A DNA stretch of 64,000 nt from Vezdaea acicularis (taxonomy: Eukaryota): NCBI GenBank assembly GCA_026025075.1, contig JAPEUI010000013.1, forward strand, positions 1 to 64,000, written 5' to 3'. Shown one piece after another: positions 36,880 to 47,074 of the stretch. The position numbers were made by a program, and so were the translations under genes. The notes beneath the pieces are model-generated. The model was given only the letters and a program-made list of their open reading frames with translations, searched no databases and was not told the DNA's origin. Position 1 is the first letter of the stretch; the number at the start of each line of letters is the position of its first letter.

Positions 36880-37728
36880 ACATATAGAAATCAATAGCCT
36901 TAGCAAACAAATCTACTAAATGACCGAAGAGGTACCAGATGGGAATCCGCACTCTAGTGCAGAAGATCGCTCTATATATGTGCGATCAAGAGCTATGGAC
37001 TTTGAGTTTATTCTCAATTACTCTATCTCTCTTCCACGAGAGCTATACATATGTAGCCAGAGATGTCTCCTGCAATGAGAAGACAGACAACATCATCTCC
37101 ATCTTCACTTCTTACCCCCACCGCTGGCACGGCTTTTATGCTCCCTATCGCCGCCTACCACTATGTAATTGAGGGCGTCTACCATCTGTCTTATTGGTGT
37201 CAGATAAGAGTAGTATGTAAAAGGGCCTTTATAACTTGATCTTCAAGCTTCTCCTCCGCTGTTGTCATACTGTGTTGAGCAGACTACTTCAATCCACAAG
37301 TAGACTATCGAACTGACTGACGAAGATTTGAAAGCATACCCATTTTCACGATGCAATGACGGAATGGATTGAATAATCTTACATTGGAAGGAAATACATG
37401 ATTCTCGTATCACATGATTTGGCCACCCCTAGAAAACACAGAGAAAAGAAAAGAAAGCCGACCACCTCCCATTATCGCCGCAGAGACGGCATCCCCACAC
37501 AAAGACCCCATTTTCCCATTAAAATTCATCCTTGTCCCGTTTCCCAATCCTCCAGTATCCTCCACTAGAAACTCCCCGATTCTCCCATCCCACCACCAGA
37601 AAACAGGAGAACTCCCACATAGTGAAAGACCCACCGGTAGCCTAGCAAGCAACCACCCCGAATACCCACCCGTATGTAATGAGCTCCTCCTCATAACCTC
37701 ACGCACACGTAACGGGAGAACTCCACAC

Positions 37729-40700
37729 CTACCAGAACTCCGCGAAGGGGTCTGTCTCCGCCACATTCATCCACTCATCGAGGTGACCCTCCGCACCTAC
37801 CAAGATCCGTTCCGCCTCCATATCGACCTCCTGAATATCAGGATCCCTAGCTTCACTGCCGCCAGCGTCCCCAGCCTTACTAGCCCTACCATTCCTGTCA
37901 CCAGCACCTCTTGTCTCTCTATTCATACGCTTCTTCTTCCTTCGGCCACCATCACCCTCAGCCTCACCGGCCCTACCACTCCTGTTTCTGTCGCCACCAG
38001 TACCCCCTGCCTCTCTGTTCTTACGACTTTTATATCTGTGGCGGCCACGAGTACCCTCATTCTCCCTAAGCCTATCGCCTCTGGCTCTATTGCCACCAGT
38101 GCCCCCAGCGTCATTGGATCTGACACCTCTGGCCATACTGCCATTTGAGCCCTCGGCATTGTCCCTGCGAGACTTGCTTGGCTGTACGTTAGCTCCAGTG
38201 GTCGGCGGCGGCGTGCGCGGAATTCGGTTGTAGAATTCATCATAAGCACAGCCAGAGCCCTCGACGGACGTGGCTGAGGGTGTCATGGTTTTTATTTGGC
38301 GGACCTCGAGTCGTCTCGGGCGAGGTACATGATTCGCACGGGTTGCGCTAGGGCGTACGGGTACGGGATTGCTCGAGTGATAGGTCGCGGAGGGCTTTTG
38401 AACGGGAACTTCCTTTTCGGAAGGTAGTGGAGGCAAGTCTCGGAACGAAATGAGCCTGTCTCGGGGGTTCTTGAAAACTGGCTTAGGAATTTTCGTGTTG
38501 TCAACGATCGTTTTAGGAAAGATACGGGTGAACTTATCCAGTGGTTCGAGGAAGACACTGCCCCGTTCCTTAACGGCCTGGGGGTTGTTGTAGAGCTTGT
38601 TAGGAGTTTTGTGATTCAAGAGGAACCCACGGTCAACTTCCGACCTTCCTTCGCCGAGGAATGATTGTGGCGGCTCATCGGGAAGGAAAAGGTTCAAAGG
38701 TTTGGGATCTCTCGCACTGCGCTTTTCGACTGGTTTGTAGTTTCTGCGGACCTCTTCCAGCATTTTCGCAAGCTCCTTTGGATCTCTTCGCGGTGCTTCC
38801 GACTCTGACGAGAGGTCAGAATCTTCTCTTTTCGCAGCGTTTTCCTGATTTCTCTGGTCTGCTTCCGACTCTGACGAGAGGTCAGAATCCTTTCTTTTCG
38901 AAACCTTCTCCTGATCGCTCTGGTCTGCTCCCGACGCTAAGAAGAGGTCAGAATTTTGGCTTTCTGCAACTTTCTCCTGATCTCTGTGTTCTGCTTGCGA
39001 CGCTAAGAAGAGATCGGGATCTTGGCGTTCTGCAACCTTCTCCTGATCTCTCAAGTCTGTTTCCGACTCTAAGAAGAGGTCAATATTCTGCCGTTTTCTT
39101 TGTTCTACTTTCGACTCTGAAGAGAGGTCAAAGTTTTCGCCGTTTGACGTGGTCTTCTGGTCTCTTTGTTCTGCTTCGAACTCTAGGAAGAGCTCGGAAT
39201 TTTGGCTTTGTGCAACCTTCTGCTGCTTTATTTGTTCTGCTTCCGACTTTGAAGAGATGCCAGAATCCTCGCTATCTGCCGCCATCTCCTGATACATTTG
39301 TTCTACTTCCAATTCTGAAGAGAGATCGAGATCCTTGCTTATCTCTTTTTGTATGCTCAGCCTTTCAAGGTTGCGAGTAACCAAGTGGCTAGACTTTTGA
39401 GAGCTTGCTTCCTTAGGCTTAGCTTCATCAGAGGTAGAATCTATAGCGATTGGTTTTTGGTCAGTGCTTCGCTTTTTTATGTACTTATCAGCAACTTGCG
39501 AACGTGTTGGTGTCGATGTGAAATTAGGTCGAAAAGGCTTCTTCTTTTCTTTTACAGAAAGTGTTGGTGTCGATGTGAAATTTGGTCGAGAGGGCTTCTT
39601 CTTTTCTTCTATAGAAAGTGTTGGTGTCGACGTGAAATTTGGTCGAAAGGGCTTCTTCTTTTGTTTTACAGCACGAGCCTGAACCTTTTTCTGTTCTTTC
39701 GCTGCCCAAGCTCGAGCTCTCTTTGCCGCATGAGCTCGTGTCTTCTTCCATTCTTCTACCTCACGAGCTCGAGCCTTTTCCTGTTCTATTTCCATCTGAG
39801 CTTGAGCCTTTTCTTCCTCAGCCGCTGCCAGTTGAGCTTGGCGCTTCCTACGATTGCCACTGGGAGATCGGATGGGGCTTTCTGTACTCGAAGTATCTGG
39901 CCCACTTGGGTTATAAAAGTGACTTCTAGCGGGACTAAAGCAGGGTCGTTCAAAGCCATTGGCTCGCTCATCCGTGGTTGGTGTGGACGGCACCACCTTT
40001 CTGGATCTATATCTTGTCCGTTTGCGAGGGTGTTTTTCTACAGAACCTTCCGATTCGTCTTCCATTTCTTCACTGACTAATACCCAAAGGTCAGCAATCT
40101 GTAAAGTTGACGTCATGGAGTGCTCCCTGTATAATGAACATCAAAATGCTCCCTGCATTATAAGGCTCCCCATTTCATAGACGGCAATTTTGCCCACGCA
40201 ATGAATCATTTTCAACTCAGCGTACGGCAAGATTTGCCCACGCCATGGAACTCTTCCCATGCCCTCAAGAGCTAATGCCCTCGGGCAAAGTATTGGTGAC
40301 AAGTTTGAGTGCTTGTCTACTCCCCTTTTATTGTTTCATTGGAGATATCCAAGCAATTCGATATCATTGTCCGAGAAAAACGCATCTTTCGACAAAGTCC
40401 AACTCCCCCAAGAGACAAGAATCAAAGACTAGATAGATCAAGTTTCCCAAGTAACAGGAATTTAAAGGAGTGAAAGCCAGGACTATACAAAGCCGACTTA
40501 ATCAAAGAAAAAGACACCAATTCCACGTACCTTTATTTTTTCTTCGCTTAGCGTTTCTTTGCTTTGCGTATTTACCCTGATAGAATTCGTCGATCTCACT
40601 TGGTGGTGCAGAGTGCTCTTCTGATTCGTCGTCTGTATCATCTGAAAATAACCAGGTTAGCAAAGTATCAAATTAAAAGTCGCAATTATCCACGTATAAT

Positions 40701-41723
40701 GAAATTGCCCGCACGTAATAATAAAGCTCTGAGTGCGTAACAAAGCTCTACATACGTGATGAAGCTCCCTACACGTAATGGAGCCCCCCATACGTAATAA
40801 AGCTCTCCGTACGTAATTAAGCTCTCCGTACGTAATGTAACTTTCCGTATGTTCCAGAGCTCTACGCACGTAACAGAGATCTCCATACGTAATGAACTTC
40901 TCCACACGCCATGAAGCTTTCCGCACGTCATAGAAACCTCGTCACGCCATGAAGCCCTCCCCAACGTTATAAAATTTTTCCCACATAATGAAGCTGCTCT
41001 CACGTAACGAAGCGTCTCTCACATAACAAAGCTCCTCTCACGTAATGAAGCTCCTCTCACGTGATGAAGCTCCTCTCACTTAACAAAGCTCGTCTCACGT
41101 AACCAAGCTTCCTCCAAGGAACAAAAGCACAAGAGCCTCATTCTAATGGAATAACTTCACGCGGGATGAACGTAGTTGAAATCCATATAACGAAATGACT
41201 CCAGAATTATAAACGTAAAGCACGCTTATACAACAAGAAGCTCTCTGGATGATAAAGGTAAAACACCTTTTATTTCAAGACCAAGTACACAGTGCTTAGT
41301 TTATAGCACTTACCGGAGATGTATCCTTTTTCCTTGCGAGCCAAGTATCTCTTTAGCCCAGCCTTATTCTTTTCAATGTAAGGGGTTTTCATATTCTGCA
41401 ACCACCGCTCGGCACGTTGCGTATGGGTGGTGCGTTCGGTGCAAGCATCGGACTCGTCTGAATCATTTTGATCACTGTCTGTATGGGAGGTTTAGCAAAT
41501 GTTCACCAAGTAAGTTTGAGCTCGCTTTTGATAAAGTCGTAACAAAGTTGCTTGAATATCTCTTTGGACTCCCGATTGTCTCTTGAGGTCATATATTTCT
41601 GCTCAAAGATTACTTACCTTCAATGAGTAATGGCGAATTCCTAGTTCCTCGAAGCGAATACGAAGGTTGGGGAGGGTGACGTGCGCGAGCGCGGTCGAGT
41701 CTCAATTGTCTGTTGTTTACCAT
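37729..41723 (-). CDS. Orphan low-complexity repeat protein (~909 aa); predicted exons 41723-41618, 41478-41314, 40641-40531, 40076-37729
   Basis: Three canonical introns (donors GTAAGT, GTAAGT, GTACGT; branch sites GCTAAA/GCTAAC/GCTGAC; acceptors CAG, CAG, TAG), all phase 1, give one stop-free 2,730-nt frame from ATG 41723 into the 795-aa ORF. No recognisable domain. Confidence 0.72.
38780..39335 (-). repeat. Coding tandem repeat, ~66-bp (22-aa) unit DL(S/F)(S/L)ESEA(D/E)QRDQEKVA...
   Basis: The translation repeats DLSSESEADQR/DLFLASQAEHR/ELFLEFEAEQR, about 8-9 degenerate copies. Confidence 0.85.
39500..39662 (-). repeat. Coding tandem repeat, 57-bp (19-aa) unit KKKP(F/S)RPNFTSTPTLS, three near-identical copies
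   Basis: gtgttggtgtcga(t/c)gtgaaatt(a/t)ggtcga occurs three times at 57-bp spacing. Confidence 0.92.
40691..41115. repeat. Degenerate ~19-bp minisatellite (consensus ~CTCACGTAATGAAGCTCCT), about 22 copies
   Basis: Head-to-tail units with no spacers, e.g. ctcacgtaatgaagctcct-ctcacgtgatgaagctcct-ctcacttaacaaagctcgt. Confidence 0.9.
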
Positions 41724-43025
41724 CGTCGATATTTCTTTGGAGTGGTGTGAGATCTCAGAGGTATTATTATAGTATCATTCGTGAGGTACTGTAACCACGG
41801 ACTTTAGGACAGGTAAGATGTGCTAAAGGAGTTCGTATGGGGACTTTTGATACCTCACAGTGACCTTGACGGATAATTTTGGCTCGTTAGCGGCACAAAG
41901 GAGTAATAAACAAGGGAATAAGGGGCATGAATCTTTTCCAGCAGACCAGAAGTTGATGGAGTGAGAAGGGACAATTTTCAAGTGAGACAATGCTGTGGAC
42001 GCTCACAGCACCCGAACTTGAGCCAGCCTCCTTTTGAGATGATCTCCTCTACGATCGATGAAAGATTTGAGAAACCAAGTAGACTTCCGAGCTCAGGAGC
42101 TTCTGCGAGATCAAGGAGGGTGGGGAGGAAGCGAGTGAGGATCCACGGACGTTGGTTGGAAACGCTGGCCAGGCTTTGATGCAAGCCAGGCCCCTTTCGT
42201 AATAATCTTTGCTGCGAGCTGCAAAGAGAATTCAAAGAGGGGATCAAGAAGAAGAATAAGCTTGAAAGCTTGTAAAGAATCTAAGAAGTATGCAGTTCAA
42301 GGGGAGCCAGAGTCTGGCGAAGACGGTCGGGTGAGTGTGGACGCGGGTGGGAATTTTGAAGGGGTGCGCGACGATCGCTTCACCCTCAAAATTTGGGTGG
42401 GCACACAAAGAACACCAAATAATTGAGGGTAAACCCTAAGATGATGGACTGTCGCTCCACTGCTGGCTTGCTTACAACCCAAATTTGAGTGAACCTTGCT
42501 CTAGCTTGCGTGCAAAAGCTGAGGGCTGCTTGCGGTGTGTCGCCATTCACATTGGGAGTGGCCATATCAGCAACCGGACAATAATAATACGTCATATTAA
42601 GGGACATTCTACGAGAGCAGACATCTACGAGACTTGACATTATCAAGTCCCCTCATCTTGAAAAAGAAACGATAATGCAGATTCCATCAAGGAGCTACTA
42701 GCTTGATCATTGATGAATCCGAAATGATAAAAAGATACTCCACTGTCGCAGACCGGCCACGGACGATTGTATGCCTTCCATCAGGCACTTGCATACGCTA
42801 ATATATCCTGTCCTCCGATGAGCGATAAAGTGTTACCATTCAAAACATCCTAGTGATTTGCGTATGGCTCCTGTTAGCTCATGAAATCCTGGGTGAGGGT
42901 AATGTGCTTTCGACCGGAGACACGCCGTGCGAGTATGTTGTCAGCTCTTGAGGCTCCATTGCCGTTGGGTCGTCGCTAAGCCGGCTAGTTTGGCGAGTTT
43001 GGCGGGCTTGGCGAGGCTGGCGAGG

Positions 43026-43395
43026 CACCCTCTGAGCAAAATAGTTGAGACAGCAAAAAACTAGCGAGGTATCTTCCCAGCAAAATTGTGGGAGAGGGTA
43101 CCTCGCTTCTAGACAAATGCGAGAGGTAAAGTACCCACCCAGTGAGCAAAATAGTTGTCACACCAGAAAACTAGCGAGGTATCTTACCGGCAAAATTGTT
43201 AGAGGGGGTACCTCGCTTCTGGTCGAAATGCAAGAGAGGTAAAGTACCCTACCACCCTGATTTGGTGAGGAGGTACCTCGCTTAAGCTTTCGTGTGACAA
43301 CGTTTTTGCTCACCGGGTGGTACCTCACCACACTGATTTGGTGAGAAGGTTCCTCGCTAATTTTTCGCCGTCTAAACTATTTTGCTCAGAGGGTG
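43026..43395. mobile_element. 370-bp non-autonomous TIR element with CAC...GTG termini and 5-bp target site duplication CGAGG (Transib/CMC-like signature)
   Basis: CGAGG|CACCCTCTGAGCAAAATAGTT ... AACTATTTTGCTCAGAGGGTG|CGAGG. The first 21 bp of the TIR are perfect and similarity extends imperfectly to ~75 bp. A second nested TIR-like pair lies at 43136 and 43319. Confidence 0.85.
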
Positions 43396-43960
43396 CGAGG
43401 CTATGGTTGAGACTTGGCGCGGTTATCTACAAAGTCGCCGACCGTGACTGATGGTGACGGCTGGCATGCTACTGGAGCAGATTACGCTGTGGCCAACTGA
43501 GATATGTAATGGAAGAAGTCTCATTTTGCAACGCCTCCTTCTACCTGATAAGCCATAGCAATGAGTTCGCCCCTGTTTTTGAATCGTCATTTGAAGCGTA
43601 TGAAGAGTAATCCTCATCCCTTTTCATCATGCACTCTATCATGCATGCCATATTTCAAGCTTTTAGAACAGCTAGAAGCCTGTGGTATTCATTATTCTCC
43701 TAAGTTTGCATGTCCTAATATATTCTGTACAGCATGAATCATTGATTGTATTCATCAAAGCATTGAAAGAAAAGAATCTCATTCGTCCAGCCAATTATCT
43801 TCCCTTGAATGGAGACGAACCAATGGAGAAGACTACCAAAGCAAAAGAGCCTCAGACTGTTCATAGTGCCCCAGCGCGGGGTCCGACACACAGTTATCCC
43901 CAATGACTGCTCATCCAGTCTCACTCACTGCAATTCCTCCTCCCCAAGTTCATCGGCCAT

Positions 43961-44940
43961 CTATAGCATCAACGCGGCCATGAGACCACCGAAGACAGTT
44001 ACGTACGAGGCAGCAACGGCAACAGCGCCGCCGGTGAAAGTTGTTGGCTTGGATGAAGTGGTCGCGGTGCTAGTCCCGGTGGTCTTTGCCGTGCCCGTGG
44101 TCGTGGTAGTGGCGTTAGTACCCTTTGCGGTGCCCGTGGTTGTGCTGGTGGCGTTAGAAGCGGTGGTCTTCGCGACGCCCGTGACCGTACTCGTCGCGTT
44201 GGTGGTCTTCGCAACGACCGTGGTCGTGCTGGCGGCGCTGGAACTGGTGGTGGTGGTGGTGGTGGTTCCGTTGCTGATGAGGGTGAAGTTGGCGCAGGTA
44301 ATGCGGGTCGTGTTGGCGAAGTGGATAACGATCGAACGGTTGCCAAAGAAAGACCCGAGACCCTTCAGAGTCGATGCATACGGATCGGTGAAGCTTTGCC
44401 ATATGTCAGTCAAGATATATTGCAATTAGTTGCGAGAGGACTCACGTTGCACTGAACGGATCAGCCTTTATGGTGCCGTATTTGCCAGCAAGGTCGCCGA
44501 CTTGGCAGGTAGCAGGGAGGGCAGGGTTGCAAGGGGGTTGCTCGCCACGTTGGAACGGGTCAAGATGAGCAAGGGTGCCTGTACAATTGCCGTTTGATGG
44601 GACTGGGGCGTCGTGGATATGATACACTTAGGGGGTTTTCAGCGCCTTATACTTCATCTTTGAGCTCTAAGACGTCAGACTTACGGAAAGGGCCACCTGA
44701 GGTTGGTAATCCGGAGAACGCGACTGAGAAGGCAACGCCGGTACCATTGGACGAAACACCAGTGATGGAACCACTTGGCTTGCCGGCAATGCTAGGTAGG
44801 GTGGCCTTGTAGGTCACTCCCTTCGGGTTGGTGGAGACGATGGTAGCATTACCAAGAATGCCTGTTACTGGGACTGTATTGGACTGGGCAGCAGCTAGTC
44901 CAACGCATGAGAGCGCAGTGAGGATAAGAGTTGAACGCAT
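43961..44940 (-). CDS. Secreted, probably GPI-anchored Cu-only superoxide dismutase (SOD5-like); three exons (44940-44685, 44626-44446, ~44394-43961)
   Basis: Signal peptide, GGPFLYHIH, C..TLAHLDP, CQVGDLAGKYG and RSIVIH...RITCANF, then a Thr-rich stalk and a hydrophobic C-terminus (VTVFGGLMAALML). Confidence 0.9.
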
Positions 44941-47074
44941 TTTCGATATGGTTGAGGGGTGATGGATAAATTAGTGCGTGATGTTAATGGTGGAGTATTA
45001 ATCGCAGAACTGGTCTGACTTCGGTGCGGTGTTAGCTGGTGTTGTCATCAACAAAGTTACATTTCGGACTAATCAAAGGCCGATATGCAGGAACGAAGCG
45101 GGATTAAGCGCACCCGGGCATGAGTGTGGTATTCACTTACCTTGGAGCGAGAGACTCTAGGAGATACGGCGCTGTGAGTTATGCGACGAGATCAACGAAT
45201 AAGTTTACGGGAAGCTGCAGAAAGACTGACGACGGGGATTCAGATGTACGAACGTGTGGAAGGTGAGACGCTTATGTACTGGTCGGTGCGCAAGGAGCGG
45301 TTTCGGGAGCGAAGGTACCTCCATCGAGGTTCCAGTGCGTTCGCTGCCGCTTCTTAGAACATGGGGGTCGACACATTTCCTATGCAAGCATCGGAGATCC
45401 CACAACTAAGGGCGATGCAGGGCCGAGAACTAGTCTAGGCCGTGGCTAGAAGTGAGCTGAGGCTTCTGAATAGGCAGACGAAAGCAATCCGGTGACGACA
45501 AATCATCCTCACTTTCTCACCTCCATGCCAGGACACCTCTCATCGCCGAAGTTCATACGTCCGTATCATGGCCAATGCTCCTTACTGCATTTCTGGCTCT
45601 ACAGAGCCCATTGAGATTTAGGGATTGCTCACTACCAACACGGCCTCCCCCACGACCGCTATTCCGCGATTCGCGCCTCGCGCCTCGCGCCTCACGTCAC
45701 TTCATTACCATTACCATCACCAGGGACGGGTCTGCTGTCAGTTTTTAGGGTGGCACGATGACCGAAACGGGCCATCGTCGGTCGCGCCCCGCACCAATCG
45801 AGCTGCTGTTGCTGCACGTTAACGTAAGGTGCCATCCTCGCTCTCTACATCCCGCGCGACCGGTCTCGATGTCCACTCGACCTTCCACGTTCGATGGCCC
45901 TTGATCCTTCTCCATCGTCAGCCATGACCAACAAAAGCCACGTTTTTAGGCTGGCCCAGGGTCGCTGCACGGGGGGACTGGGGGCACCATCGACTGGTTA
46001 AGCTAGTGATTGGGGCCAGTCGTGGCGCTGAGGCGTCGACCGATTTGGCAACTCACCCAAGATTTGACATCGCACGTCTTTTGTCAATTGTCTGATGCAA
46101 TGTGATAGTCATAGCGGAGAAAGGTGTACCAATCACGAAAGGCGTGGCAAATAGCTATGGACTTAGTATTAGGGTGCTCCGCGGACGCGTTCCCGCGACT
46201 TCCTCATGGCCCGTGCTTCGCTGTATTTGTGTCGGATGAAGCTTCACTCCCGACTTGGCTCTGGCGATCAAAATGCAGCTCGGCTATTTTGGCTGCGACC
46301 CAGGTCTGGGTCCGACGGGAAGCCCACCGACCCCGCAAGCGCCTCTTGTCACTAGCCCCGATTCCACCACGAGTTTATGCTTCCTTTTTCGAGAGCTTTT
46401 CCTTTTTGTACCTGCGCTCCAGCCCGTTCTTGTACTCGCCATATGGCGCGCGAATGGTGCCATTTAACGGAGGAAATACTCTTGGCAGTCTAGAGCTAGA
46501 ATGGAAGGAATCAGTCGTGTTATTCGTCATATGGTCACTTCACCCATATTGAACCGATAGAATGCCTCGACCAACATATCAAAAGCATCGAATGACATCC
46601 ATCTCGCATTTGCGGCCATAAAAAGCTTAGCGCTCGGTTGCCTACATGACAGAACTATGTTCTGCTGCAGTGCACTAGTCGCAAACTGCATCGTTGCTGA
46701 TAAATGGCTTGCGTCGTTGGCGTTGACATGGGAGCAGATTCCAGGGGATATTTTGGCGGCTTGGGCGAGACGATTTTCGCCAGCGCTTTCTCTACGAGCG
46801 ATCCACCTAGCTGTAGAAAATGATAGATCAGAGATCAATACGATAAAAAAGAAGACGAAAAAGCATAGTGTCGAATGAACGTAGATGAAAATTCGAAAGG
46901 ACATGATTTACCACGTGCAATGCCCCTAGAAGTGAAAAGCTTCTCGAAGCTTTTGTCTTGCCTAAATAGGCAAGGCTCGGTAACAGCCCCCGCCATAAAA
47001 TTCCGGTGAAGGGCGGAACATTCGCGGAAGAAGGCCCGCCCTCCGACCAGCAACCCCACATACGACCAGAGATC

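Noticed and set aside
40691..41115. CRISPR-like repeat array
   Set aside because: The units are head-to-tail and degenerate with no unique spacers, there are no cas genes, and the context is a eukaryotic intron.
41533..41545. AAAGTCGTAACAA resembling the 3' end of 18S rRNA
   Set aside because: It is only a 13-bp match, the flanks do not resemble rDNA/ITS, and it lies in a predicted intron.
41961..42650. Short ORFs on both strands between the orphan gene and the TIR element
   Set aside because: There is no coherent gene model or recognisable homology.
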